IMG/VR virus record: IMGVR_UViG_3300024239_000011
Span: 434,001 to 498,000 of that record
Reading direction: 5' to 3' (one strand)
Length of the DNA: 64,000 nucleotides
A program made the translations under genes and the position numbers. The notes under the pieces were generated by a model. The model was not told the DNA's origin and did not search any database. It saw only the letters and a program-made list of their open reading frames with translations. This document shows, one piece after another, positions 47,734 through 58,037 of this stretch (position 1 is the first letter of the stretch; every line of letters starts with the position of its first letter).

Positions 47734-48352
47734 TAACGGTGGGGCGAAATGTGGGGCGAATCACTTCTGCTTTTTTTGGTGCAGCAGGCTCATGGAATTC
47801 GAATTGTACGAACCAGTGCGGGCGTTGGTCAATTTTATCCTTGTTACGTGGACGCACATCACGGGTGGTCGCATCAGGACGCATCCACCATGAATGTTCA
47901 AAGTACCGACGCGGACCAAGCCACTCTTCTGCCGTGGGAAGGTAGGCAACCGCGTCACCACCGAAGGTGAATTCCAGACCACCCGTATCGCTAGTCATTT
48001 GGACAATACCAAAGTGAACTCCCCGCTCTGATATCGCATTCATTTTCGCCTGGAATACCATTGTCAGCCATTCTTCAGACGGCTCGAACGGACAAACGAC
48101 GAGGTTATTTGCAGACTGACGGAACGCTTTGTCTGCCCATTTGTTATCAACAAAATAGAAGACGCTGTTACCAATAATATAGTCGAAGAAATAATCCACT
48201 TTGGCGAACGCAAGGTTCACGTCATTATCCCCTGCTTCCTCAGTCACGATGACTTCAGCTTTCAGGGTCCACAAGGTCGGGAAAATGTTGCGTCCAATCA
48301 CCTTAATGCCGCGAAATTCGGTCTTATACGTAATGGAGAAATCGTCGCTCAT
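47708..48352 (-). CDS. Hypothetical phage protein
   Basis: Long operonic ORF, WW.RPD..T motif. Confidence 0.7.
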   Translation of the reverse strand: MSDDFSITYKTEFRGIKVIGRNIFPTLWTLKAEVIVTEEAGDNDVNLAFAKVDYFFDYIIGNSVFYFVDNKWADKAFRQSANNLVVCPFEPSEEWLTMVFQAKMNAISERGVHFGIVQMTSDTGGLEFTFGGDAVAYLPTAEEWLGPRRYFEHSWWMRPDATTRDVRPRNKDKIDQRPHWFVQFEFHEPAAPKKAEVIRPTFRPTVIDGTKKDD

Positions 48353-48545
48353 ATGTTGTCTTTCTTTCGATAGTACCATGGCGTGTAGCTCAAGGGACAG
48401 ATGTCGTCATGATCAAACCGCGTGTCGAAATCGACGGCTGGTGAACGGGGAAAGACCCATACAGATTAGCTGGACACAAAATGGTAGTTTTGCGTAACCC
48501 ATTGCCTATTATCTGTATTTATAGGGTGTTTGTCCTGTCACTATA

Positions 48546-48828
48546 TCAGCCTTTAATCTCGAAATCCTTGCGGGCTTTCTCCATCTTCAACGCACGCTCT
48601 TTTTCTTGACGTTCCATTTCCTTACGGAGACGGTCGTTCGCTAAATCATAGAGTTCATTGGCCAGCATTCGAAGCTGGTTAATCATTTGCGTGTTCCCTG
48701 TCCCTTGAGCATACACCATACGCTTGTTTAGTTCAGAGATTTTTTCATGGATTTTGTCGATACTGAGGTTAGTCAAGTCCTCATTATGTTCTGCCATCCA
48801 AATCTCTGCCAAAAACGGATGCAGCATT
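48546..48828 (-). CDS. Hypothetical coiled-coil protein
   Basis: MLHPF...DLTNLS...I.EL.KR; GAGG SD upstream. Confidence 0.65.
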
Positions 48829-48946
48829 TTGCACCTCCCCGTCAACTTAAAACCACTAAATAAGAACGGTAATCGAATCGGACCAACGATTCGAAACCTT
48901 CGCGGAGACAAAGGCTGTCCCGTTCTCTATTTAGCGGAGAAAAATC

Positions 48947-49870
48947 ATGCCTAAGGGCAATCCCTTTACAACAGAAATGTTCATCGAGAAATGTCGCCAT
49001 ATTCATGGTGATCGTTATGATTATTCTCTAGTAGAGTATAAGAACGCACAGGAGAAGGTCAAAATTATTTGCCTCGCCCATGGTGTGTTTGTGATGTACG
49101 CGAAACATCATACACGTGGGCATGGATGTCCTGAATGTGGTAAAATTTCTACAGGAAAGAAGAAAAGACTTGATTTGCCGGAATTTCTAACGAAAGCCAA
49201 ATCAATTCACGGTGATCGGTATGATTATTCATTAGTCGTCTACGAGACTGCTAAAGTACCCGTTGAAATTATTTGTCCGATCCATGGAAGTTTCTGGCAA
49301 ACCCCTGATTGTCACATTGGTTTAAAAGAATCAGGTTGTAGCAAATGCAGCGGTATGTTCAAAAAAGATACACAGTATTTTATCGAACAAGCTAAATTGA
49401 TACATGGTGATACTTACGATTATTCAAAAGTTGTTTATCAAACCGTAAAAGATCAAGTAGAAATTATTTGTCGAATGCATGGAAGTTTTTTACAAACCCC
49501 GGATAGTCATCTAAATACAAAAAGTGGATGTCCGCGATGCGTTTCTCTAATATCTGATCAAGAAACTGCATGGTTAAATCATCTTGGAATCCCCAATGAT
49601 CCCACTCATAGGCAGGTATATCTCAGGCTAGATGATGGGTCGCGAATCCACGCAGACGGGTATGTTGCGTCAACTAATACCATTTATGAATATTATGGTG
49701 ACTATTACCACGGGAACCCAAATGTGTATGATCATCGAAAAATGAATACGACGTGTAAAAAGACCTTTGGTGAATTACACGAGCGTACCATAAAACGAGA
49801 AGAACGGATATTACGCTCCGGGTACAAGCTTGTAACTATGTGGGAAGCACAATGGAAGAGTGGCGGCTAA
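48947..49870 (+). mobile_element. Putative homing endonuclease (three Zn-binding repeats plus C-terminal nuclease)
   Basis: Three FI.KA..IHGD.YDYS.V.Y......V.IIC..HG.F...P..H....GC..C repeats; ADGY...IYEYYGDYYHGNP...WE. Opposite strand to its neighbours. Confidence 0.8.
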
Positions 49871-49887
49871 ACGCCGCCACTTTCTAT

Positions 49888-50307
49888 TTAAATATCTCCT
49901 TCGGCACGATTCTCCGAACGTTCAATAGAAAATCCACCCGGATACCGAGCCGAGAGTTTATTGACGTTCTTTATTATTACGTCTTCCATTGAAATGCCCA
50001 GAGCGATACATCCATTCATTGCATACCATAGAACGTCACTTAATTCACTACAAAGATGGGCATGAAGGTCGGCGGTCATGGGCTTGCCATGAAAAAAAAC
50101 CTTTTTCATGATGCCCAAAAATTCACCACTTTCATCATTCAACCCGATTGCAGCAGTGGTGAGACGGGAAATCTGCCCGCCCATACCAACGGCGGCAAAT
50201 TCGGTTTTGAGGGCAGCAAGGCGCTCGAACCAAGCGTCATCGTTCTTGCTGGCTTCGCTGGTTACACCGTCAACAAATGTGGCGTACTGAGTAAGGATAT
50301 CGGACAA
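49888..50307 (-). CDS. MazG-like nucleotide pyrophosphohydrolase
   Basis: GL..ESGE....KK..FHG...ELSDVLWY...NV.KL..RYP. Confidence 0.88.
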   Translation of the reverse strand: MSDILTQYATFVDGVTSEASKNDDAWFERLAALKTEFAAVGMGGQISRLTTAAIGLNDESGEFLGIMKKVFFHGKPMTADLHAHLCSELSDVLWYAMNGCIALGISMEDVIIKNVNKLSARYPGGFSIERSENRAEGDI

Positions 50308-50374
50308 GGAAGCTTCTCCTGTTCATGGAATGTTCTCATGAGAAACTACCGCCGGGTTCTCGGTGTGGTCAATT

Positions 50375-50617
50375 TTATTTGTTCTTTGTGAATGCCGGAT
50401 TACCAACTTTATGAAGATGACCACAGTTTGCACAATAGAACTCAATCGTGCGGAAGATCATGTTCGATAAATTGAAATTTGCTTTGGTGAGGCAATGTGG
50501 GCAGGTAAATTGGAGTTCACCCATCAAGATATCGAGACCTTGTGGTGGCTTGATATACTTAGGCTTTGTGCCCTTTTTTCCCAATTCCGATGTACCCGGA
50601 AACTGGATCACCTTCAT
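50375..50617 (-). CDS. Small Zn-ribbon protein
   Basis: CPHC...CANCG. Confidence 0.65.
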   Translation of the reverse strand: MKVIQFPGTSELGKKGTKPKYIKPPQGLDILMGELQFTCPHCLTKANFNLSNMIFRTIEFYCANCGHLHKVGNPAFTKNK

Positions 50618-50728
50618 GGCATCCTCCTATGTTCCGGTTACGCAAAAACTACCGTACATATTTAGTGTCCGGGTACTTGACTTATCAGCGGTTATCTCTA
50701 ATATAGGCAGACGGATGGAGGAAATCAG

Positions 50729-51121
50729 ATGGGTGATTCGGTTCAGGCTGTTCCTCTGGACGCGCTCAAGGAATTGTGCAATCCATTCGATGGCATCTGT
50801 TGGCGGGGTCTGGAAAAACCGGTCACCCGACAGGAAATCGCCGCTGCGCTGGCATCTAATACGCTGTTAGCCCCGGATGGTTCTTCGACGTTGACCCTGG
50901 ACCGTGCTGGGCATATTGCTCGCATTGCGTGGTTCGTCGTTCATGGATGGACCGACCATATCGAAATCGATGTTGGGGTTCCATCTATGGGCTGTTACGT
51001 TCAATGGCCGGTCGAAGACGGCAACCACCGATATGCAGCGGCAATCTATCGTGATGATGCGACGATTGCTGCTGAAATCTCGGGGTCACTGAACTATGCT
51101 GAAGAGATCGGTTTGTTTTAA
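50729..51121 (+). CDS. ParB-like nuclease domain protein
   Basis: VEDGNHRYAAA; GGAGG SD. Confidence 0.65.
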   Translation: MGDSVQAVPLDALKELCNPFDGICWRGLEKPVTRQEIAAALASNTLLAPDGSSTLTLDRAGHIARIAWFVVHGWTDHIEIDVGVPSMGCYVQWPVEDGNHRYAAAIYRDDATIAAEISGSLNYAEEIGLF

Positions 51122-51732
51122 AGCTTGCGCCCGCTGAAATAATGCGTCAAGTGGCTCTTGCAATACGGCAAGATTGCCTTGATGCGGATATTATGGGTGC
51201 CTTCCGACGCCAGTTTCAATTCAATGGTTGAATTGTTTTCCACGATCACTTTACGGATAGAAGAGTCGTGTCCATTAATTTCCATGGTTGACGGGTCGGT
51301 TTCGCTAAAGCGAGGACGCATATTTTTTACTGACAATTCACTGACATCGGAAACCAATTTCTTTTGATCGTCAACCACCGCAACTTTGAATTTGAGAACG
51401 TTTGTGTGGCTGTAGTAGCTTTCGCTGGCTTCATCATAAAACGTACCATCCTCGGGAATCAGTGATATCCCCTCATATCGAATTGCGTTGTTCCCTTCAT
51501 CAAGGAACGCGAACATTGACCAATTCGAGCAAACCACCTTCAGTGACTTGTACAAATCTTTGTGAATGCGTCCGAGCAGTTTCACCTTCAGCCGAGGGTC
51601 TGGAAAATTAATGTTCTCAATCGGAAGTAGAAACCCAAAGAGCATGGTTATCCGGTTTCTCTCGGTTGGGTCGTATACCACCCAATAGAAACTGTCAGGG
51701 TTGTATTTCGGGTTGGAGGTGAATTCAACCAT
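51118..51732 (-). CDS. Hypothetical protein coupled to the U32 gene
   Basis: Start overlaps the U32 stop. Confidence 0.65.
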   Translation of the reverse strand: MVEFTSNPKYNPDSFYWVVYDPTERNRITMLFGFLLPIENINFPDPRLKVKLLGRIHKDLYKSLKVVCSNWSMFAFLDEGNNAIRYEGISLIPEDGTFYDEASESYYSHTNVLKFKVAVVDDQKKLVSDVSELSVKNMRPRFSETDPSTMEINGHDSSIRKVIVENNSTIELKLASEGTHNIRIKAILPYCKSHLTHYFSGRKL

Positions 51733-52738
51733 TCCCTTTCTCCTTCAGAATGGTTTCGAAGACCTTATCACAAAAATTGCAAGTGACGCACTGATTTCGA
51801 CATGTTGAAACCTTCTCGGAATACCCAAGGGTTTCAAGATCGCTGAAGTAAATCGTCCGGTAGCCCACGTGATGGGTGGTGGCGAAAAAATCGTACAAGC
51901 TGAACGAAGAGTTTCCATACATGTACGCGGTTACCAGTGTTTTCAGGCGTTTCTTGTCGATCATACGTCCGACAATCTTTACGCTGTCGGCATATGGCTC
52001 AAACAATTTCAGCCCAGCAGGCGTGATAAAGGGGCTTTTGAGGGTGTCAGCCGGGTTACGTTGGTAGTGCATCGTACAGAGGTGGTTCTTGTGCCACATC
52101 TGAAGTTCCTGTACTTCGGCTGGCTGTTGTTTCGGATACTGGCTGATCAAATTGTCGCAGTGCTGTTTCCACACACAGGACGGTAAGCAACCTTCATTTG
52201 CCATCACCGTCAGGGTGATGTTGCGTTCCTTGGTCCACTCATGGACACGCTGAAGTTCTTCGAGGTTGCGGTTGATCGCCCTGTCGAGGATAAAATGCCG
52301 CAGACCAATGTTCTCGAAGCAGAACTTGACGCTTTCAAGCGTGCCTATCTTGTTGTTGGTGCTGGTTTTCACAACCATCGGCGGGAGGTTGCCAAAGAAC
52401 GTCTCGTCGCGCAACAGAACGGTGTTGTTAAACGTGATGACTTCACATCCTTCGCGCCAGACTGAATAGAACAGGCGCAACATATGATCCACGCCCGAAG
52501 CACTGTAGATGTCGTTATCATAAACAGCGGAATTGACAACATAATTCAATTTGATACCAAAATCATCTTTGATCCGCTTTATCTCATCCCAGTATTCGGG
52601 GGAGAATTTGATGTCGCGGTTGCTGATCGATTTTGAAGGATCGCTGAAATAGATATCGTCTATTTTTAGACGAGTGTCGTCGGGAAGCTCCGTAATTATA
52701 TCATATAACCCCGGTGCGTAAGGAAGTGAATACTTCAT
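51725..52738 (-). CDS. Peptidase U32-like (Fe-S) protein
   Basis: LNYVVN, ILDRAINRN, ANEGCLPSC, VKIVGR, CRNQCVTCNFC. Confidence 0.75.
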   Translation of the reverse strand: MKYSLPYAPGLYDIITELPDDTRLKIDDIYFSDPSKSISNRDIKFSPEYWDEIKRIKDDFGIKLNYVVNSAVYDNDIYSASGVDHMLRLFYSVWREGCEVITFNNTVLLRDETFFGNLPPMVVKTSTNNKIGTLESVKFCFENIGLRHFILDRAINRNLEELQRVHEWTKERNITLTVMANEGCLPSCVWKQHCDNLISQYPKQQPAEVQELQMWHKNHLCTMHYQRNPADTLKSPFITPAGLKLFEPYADSVKIVGRMIDKKRLKTLVTAYMYGNSSFSLYDFFATTHHVGYRTIYFSDLETLGYSEKVSTCRNQCVTCNFCDKVFETILKEKGNG

Positions 52739-52746
52739 AATTGCCT

Positions 52747-55098
52747 TTACTGTTGTATACCTTGGATGTCACCTTTGTTCGTCGTCACAACACCGGTCGA
52801 ATCAATCCATGTGATCTTATTCAGTCCTGATATTGCCGCCCCTGGCGCTCCACCAATGGCACCATTGACTACATTGTTACCACCGAATAACGTTGGCTGC
52901 AATTTTTGAACAGATACACTTAGTCCATTACCGCCTGATATTGAAAAGTCTTGTGTAATATCAGGAAGATCAATGACGCGATATTCTAGCCACATTCCGC
53001 GATTACCAGAGACAGTATACGTTTTATAGAACCCAAAACTGTTAAGCGGGTTGTTTGATCCGTTCAATTCTTGAACAAGATTACTGATTGTCGTCAGTAT
53101 GTCATGAGTGTCGATATGTACTTCGTTGACCCCAGGTACCGATTCGACAAACGTATAGGTGACATTATTCACGGTGATGGTTTGACCATTTGTTATTGTT
53201 GCCGGGAACAGTACGAGATAAGATTCGTAAAGAAAACGACAGCCGCTTCCCGTGCCCGGTTCAACAATAAATGTATTTCCGATATCACTCACGGTTTTAT
53301 GCTCGATGAATAACCCTTGCGTGCTTTCTTGATTTCCATTTTTTGTATACATAATAGTTGGGGCATTTTGTACCGTATAGGATGCAGTGTTAATATTCGC
53401 GTGTAGGGTCATGCGTAAATTTTCCAATGTGTCCGCAATTGATGTGCCAATGGCAATTTGCGAACCGAATGTAAAGGGTGTTCCCCCGACCCGGATAGTA
53501 GACCCCAAGGTTGGCTGGTCATACATGACCACATAGCCACGTGCCGGTTCCGCCGGTAGCGGTTGGGATGCACCACCGGAAACATTGGTGTCACCTCCAT
53601 AGCCGCCTGCTCGCCCAAGTGCCCTTGCGGTACCACCAGCACCACCCGTAACGATATTCCCCGATTGACCATTATTACCATGGCGTTCGTTAGTGCGTTC
53701 CACCAGACGATTTTCAGTTTTGCTGAATTTGGAACTCACCGTGCCACCAATACCAGCATTGAAATCTGATCCGCCAGCACCACCGCCGCCGCCACTACCA
53801 CCGACGTAAATTTTCATGAGGTTTACGTCATCCCAAATGATATTGGATGGCGCACCACCACCACCACCGCCGGTTCCAAAAATATGACCTTCGATGTTGC
53901 AGATGGAAATTGGATACGATAGCATCATGGATACACCACCGGTCTTACCAGGGGCACCAATTTGCGGTGTGCGCGGGATATCATCGGTAGTGATATCACC
54001 ACCATCACCACCCGCCCCACCGGCTCCAACAATATAGCCTTTGTTAATGAGTTTAACCGTGGTAGCGGTATTCGTGAAATTACCAAGCATGAAAGCCGGT
54101 ACGCTTTCGTCCATGCTACTGATCAATACCGACCGCCCAACACGTACCGTAATATTCAGCGGTTGCGTTGCTTCATTCCACAAAGGGTATTTTGTTAGAA
54201 TGTAGTTTTTCAAACTGAAATTGTATGTGTTGCTATCAAGGTTGATCGTGATATTGCTTGGTACGGTCGAATCAGGGACCGCCGCAGGCGGTATATAAAC
54301 GTTGTTGCCTGTCTGAAAACCTTTGATCTTGAACAGGTTACAGAACCATCGAATGCCCACGGTTGCAGTTGAACTGTCTGAATGCAGCACCGCCTTAAGG
54401 ACGAATTTACCGTACTTTGCGGTTCCTTCCTCACCGTCAGCCCAATAGGGGCTGAACGTCGTAAAGCCTGCTGGAATACCATAGTTGTTGTATGGTATGT
54501 AGAAATCATACTTGTAGAGAACTGAAAATCCTTTGAATGCGTAGTTGGCGCGCTCAGTTCCATCCAGTCCTGAGAATAGGAATGGGTCAATAATTGCTTC
54601 AAACACTACGGGGGCAGTGGAACCGTAACCACTACTGTATGTTTGCTGACCGGTGTTTACTTTACCATTTGCGACGTATGAATTGCCACCGAACGCAGGT
54701 AATGTATCAGTCAATTTACCACGTATTACGTCAAATCCCAGGACGGTTGATCCATTAATCGTTTGAACCCCAGGGGTATCATTGTTGATGTATTGCAACT
54801 CGATTGCACCAGTCACATTTCGTTGTATCTTGTTCAATACTTGTGACATTGCTTCAATCGTCGGGTTACTGCTCGTACCAGTGTTTGTAGTTGTACCGGT
54901 TACAAGGTCACGGTCGGTGACCAAGTTGGTCCACGTGTCTCGTATGTATGCTTCGATCCGATTATTCGAATAGCGCACCATTCCGTTGATCGAATCCGCC
55001 GGTAGCGGGCGTTGAACTGTTGTTCCCTCGGGAATACCTAAGTGGCTGGTATCGGTCTGGGCTATGTTACCCTTTTGTATGGACTTACCTACGCGCAT
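52747..55098 (-). CDS. Tail fibre-like protein with Gly-rich region
   Basis: GMVRYSNNRIEAY, GAGGAGGDGG, GGGGGG; N domain paralogous to adjacent genes. Confidence 0.75.
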   Translation of the reverse strand: MRVGKSIQKGNIAQTDTSHLGIPEGTTVQRPLPADSINGMVRYSNNRIEAYIRDTWTNLVTDRDLVTGTTTNTGTSSNPTIEAMSQVLNKIQRNVTGAIELQYINNDTPGVQTINGSTVLGFDVIRGKLTDTLPAFGGNSYVANGKVNTGQQTYSSGYGSTAPVVFEAIIDPFLFSGLDGTERANYAFKGFSVLYKYDFYIPYNNYGIPAGFTTFSPYWADGEEGTAKYGKFVLKAVLHSDSSTATVGIRWFCNLFKIKGFQTGNNVYIPPAAVPDSTVPSNITINLDSNTYNFSLKNYILTKYPLWNEATQPLNITVRVGRSVLISSMDESVPAFMLGNFTNTATTVKLINKGYIVGAGGAGGDGGDITTDDIPRTPQIGAPGKTGGVSMMLSYPISICNIEGHIFGTGGGGGGAPSNIIWDDVNLMKIYVGGSGGGGGAGGSDFNAGIGGTVSSKFSKTENRLVERTNERHGNNGQSGNIVTGGAGGTARALGRAGGYGGDTNVSGGASQPLPAEPARGYVVMYDQPTLGSTIRVGGTPFTFGSQIAIGTSIADTLENLRMTLHANINTASYTVQNAPTIMYTKNGNQESTQGLFIEHKTVSDIGNTFIVEPGTGSGCRFLYESYLVLFPATITNGQTITVNNVTYTFVESVPGVNEVHIDTHDILTTISNLVQELNGSNNPLNSFGFYKTYTVSGNRGMWLEYRVIDLPDITQDFSISGGNGLSVSVQKLQPTLFGGNNVVNGAIGGAPGAAISGLNKITWIDSTGVVTTNKGDIQGIQQ

Positions 55099-55108
55099 AT
55101 ACCCACCT

Positions 55109-55909
55109 TTAGAATTGATCGAAATTGCGGAATTTATAAAGCATTACCATCCAGCGAACGCCAATTTGGGTGTAGTCATTGCTGTTGAAGAAACTTTGTA
55201 GTCGCATAGTAAGACGGAACTTTCCGTAATCCTGGGAGGCAGTGTCGGTTGTTATTGGCAGCATCGTAGTTGAGTTGTGCCAATATTTGTTACCGCTGTT
55301 CATGCCATCCATGATTTCGAACAAACAACTGAATGCATCGTATTTGTAGTTTCCACGATTTGACTGATCAAAACCAACCAACGCCGCAATATCGATTATG
55401 AAACGCGCTTCAAACCAACCATTTTGTACCGAATTCGACCCAGCGTTGGGAATATTTCCCACGATGAAGTTTGATTCCGCGTCGTATAGTCCGATGGTAA
55501 TATTGTCAGATGACGGGTTTTCTACGGTAATCCATGATGGTTGAATAGTTGGTTGTCCTACCCCATAACTGTACCCAATCGTAGGATATTTACCAACCCC
55601 AAGTACCACACTTCCGGTTCGTGTTTCATTCAGGCGTTTGAGAATTTCCGAAATAACCCCACGGGTCAGATTACTCGAAGTATCTGTCGTGTCGGGCGTA
55701 TACCCTTCTGGGGTTAAGTCTTTAGTTGTGATCAAGTTGACCCAATGACCATTAATGTAGGCTTCATAGCGACTACTATTATTGTTGAAGCGAACTTCAC
55801 CACCCCCTGCATTTGCCGGTTGTTCAGAAGTTCTCCCACGTGGAAACTGGTAGTAGTTTTTCGCAGTAACAGACACATCAGTTGTGAAATCAATCTTTCC
55901 CGTGCGCAT
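55109..55909 (-). CDS. Tail/baseplate-associated protein
   Basis: P.G.T..QP....GEVRFN....YEAY..G.W. Confidence 0.7.
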   Translation of the reverse strand: MRTGKIDFTTDVSVTAKNYYQFPRGRTSEQPANAGGGEVRFNNNSSRYEAYINGHWVNLITTKDLTPEGYTPDTTDTSSNLTRGVISEILKRLNETRTGSVVLGVGKYPTIGYSYGVGQPTIQPSWITVENPSSDNITIGLYDAESNFIVGNIPNAGSNSVQNGWFEARFIIDIAALVGFDQSNRGNYKYDAFSCLFEIMDGMNSGNKYWHNSTTMLPITTDTASQDYGKFRLTMRLQSFFNSNDYTQIGVRWMVMLYKFRNFDQF

Positions 55910-57279
55910 CAGAAATTCCTATACTTGGTTAGCTGCCCAACCCACGAAATACCAACCGCATTTGCATAGTATCCAGCAGCACCGTATAATCCGATGTGGA
56001 CGTTGAAGATGCCATAGTTGGTATCGTTAACACTGGTCCATGCAGGGGTCATATTAACGGTATAGCGAAGAGGAACGCCCGCATATCCCGAGTTGCCTGA
56101 CGCGGTGTAATACCAGTCGAAAATTTTGGTCAAACCCGTGAAGATGTTGATTTTATAGTCTTTGACCTTGGATGCAGGGACACCACAGGCTTTGAATATA
56201 TCAAACTGAAAATCCAGCGAGAAACTGGTGCCGTGAACTGACGCATAGAAATAGGTTTCGAGACGAACATACGATCCGTTTTTCGGAAGCGTTATATAGG
56301 CATCGGTAGTATACCCGGCACCTTTATCGACAACCGAGAATGCTTTGATGGCGCCATTATCTACGATAGGCTGAAATACTGCTGGGGTTGTATGGGTACC
56401 GTGAATGGTAATTGGACCGAGATTGGAGGCATATCCGGCGCCGGAATCGATCACGCGCACAGCAAGTATTTTACCGTTACCCAGCGTGACAGAGATCGCC
56501 CCGCCGGTTCCTGAAGTATCTTCGATGACGACGGTTGGGTTGGTATAATCGCGCCCGCGCGTAATCATTCGCGCTCCCGTGATCACACCATTGGTGACAT
56601 CAAGCGCCATTTCCGCGCCATATCCAGTTGGATCGGTAATGCGGGCAGTCGGTTCGGTGTATCCATGACCGCCAGCAGTTACCGTAACAGTGTCAATCAA
56701 CCCATCACCGAGAATCGGTACCGCGTATGCACGCATGTAGTTTAGGTTTTCATTGACGAATGGATTGAGAGTAATCCCGCCGGTACTCGTACCGGAGTAC
56801 GTGAAACCCTCATTAGCCGCACTACCATTGACGATGTACAGAGGCATTGCACTGTTCGAGTCGTCTGGCATGTAGTCTTCTACCGATGGTGGGAAGAAAC
56901 TTCCACCGGTTCCGGTATGGCTGGTGTTGTGCCAAATATCGAACGACCCCACCGACATCTTGAAGAAGTCGGAGATCATCCCGGCCAACATTTCCACGGT
57001 CATGTTGGCGTTTGGGTCCACAAATTCCAGATCACTGCTATTAGTGACCAGATCGAGCAACGATACCAGCGGGGTCCATTCTCCATCCTGATACACTTCA
57101 AGAGCGCCAGTTGAACCACCACCAACGTTGATGTCGGTGTTATAGCGGATTTGCCCAGAAGTGGGGCTACGATCACCAACTACAGTGCTTTCACGGTCAT
57201 CGGTAGACCCGGATGGCATCGCAATAAAGCCATGTCCATTCACTTCTACGGTTGATGGTTCCAGTCTACCAAATTTCAT
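55909..57279 (-). CDS. Tail/baseplate-associated protein
   Basis: PSGSTDDR, GQIRYNTD; repeated V...G.GYT.P beta repeats. Confidence 0.72.
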   Translation of the reverse strand: MKFGRLEPSTVEVNGHGFIAMPSGSTDDRESTVVGDRSPTSGQIRYNTDINVGGGSTGALEVYQDGEWTPLVSLLDLVTNSSDLEFVDPNANMTVEMLAGMISDFFKMSVGSFDIWHNTSHTGTGGSFFPPSVEDYMPDDSNSAMPLYIVNGSAANEGFTYSGTSTGGITLNPFVNENLNYMRAYAVPILGDGLIDTVTVTAGGHGYTEPTARITDPTGYGAEMALDVTNGVITGARMITRGRDYTNPTVVIEDTSGTGGAISVTLGNGKILAVRVIDSGAGYASNLGPITIHGTHTTPAVFQPIVDNGAIKAFSVVDKGAGYTTDAYITLPKNGSYVRLETYFYASVHGTSFSLDFQFDIFKACGVPASKVKDYKINIFTGLTKIFDWYYTASGNSGYAGVPLRYTVNMTPAWTSVNDTNYGIFNVHIGLYGAAGYYANAVGISWVGQLTKYRNF

Positions 57280-58019
57280 CGGGTCACCTTTATGCACCAC
57301 ATATTAGTTGGATTATCAACATGTCCCGGTCCCGTTAAAGGCAATGTGCCATTAACGAGGAAAGATGACACGTCGAGATATAGTCGATTGGTATTATACA
57401 AATATATTTCATCAGGAATTACCATGCGTCCCTGATTGTCGTAAACTAATGCCATGACAACGCGCTTATTCAATCCATGATCAATTGGAATTAAGCGCGA
57501 CCCAGCCGTAATACCCATTGCCAGCATAGTGGCATCCAATAGAATTTGCCCACCAACCGGATTGTTCAATACTACGGTAACGATGTTGCTGTGGTCAAAA
57601 AAAACGTCATTTGTTTGGGCATCTGGGGGTCCAACAAGTTCCCAATGTGGTGTAGGTTGAAATGTCCACGCATAAAGCTTACGCCGGTCAGTATCCCAAA
57701 ATAATTGCCCTTCAATAAGACCATTGGGTAGGGTATTCCCAACTTGTACGCCGGTAGCAATAACCCAATGCGTTCCGTCGTACACATACAACTTGAAATC
57801 AGTTGTATTGAACCAGATTTGCCCAGTTAACGGATTGCCTTCAGGTGCGGTCGGATTGGCAAAATTTTCAAGTAAGTGAACAAGGTTTTCTGCCCAAATT
57901 TCACCATAGTTGACGAAATTACGCCCAAGTAGTTTCAATGAAGTGTGGGTGGAATCAACAACACCATCTTCGAGGGTAACTACGGCTTCACCGTTGTATT
58001 TGTTAATCAAATAGGACAT
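57276..58019 (-). CDS. Baseplate/tail fibre connector-like protein
   Basis: MSY.IN..NG...L.L.GRN...YGE...EN...LLENFA...P..P..GQIWF. Confidence 0.75.
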   Translation of the reverse strand: MSYLINKYNGEAVVTLEDGVVDSTHTSLKLLGRNFVNYGEIWAENLVHLLENFANPTAPEGNPLTGQIWFNTTDFKLYVYDGTHWVIATGVQVGNTLPNGLIEGQLFWDTDRRKLYAWTFQPTPHWELVGPPDAQTNDVFFDHSNIVTVVLNNPVGGQILLDATMLAMGITAGSRLIPIDHGLNKRVVMALVYDNQGRMVIPDEIYLYNTNRLYLDVSSFLVNGTLPLTGPGHVDNPTNMWCIKVTR

Positions 58020-58037
58020 TATTCACCATCCACGTAT

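Noticed and set aside
48380-48460. tRNA gene starting GGCGTGTAGCTCAA
   Set aside because: No D-stem closure, no TTCGA T-loop and no acceptor pairing.
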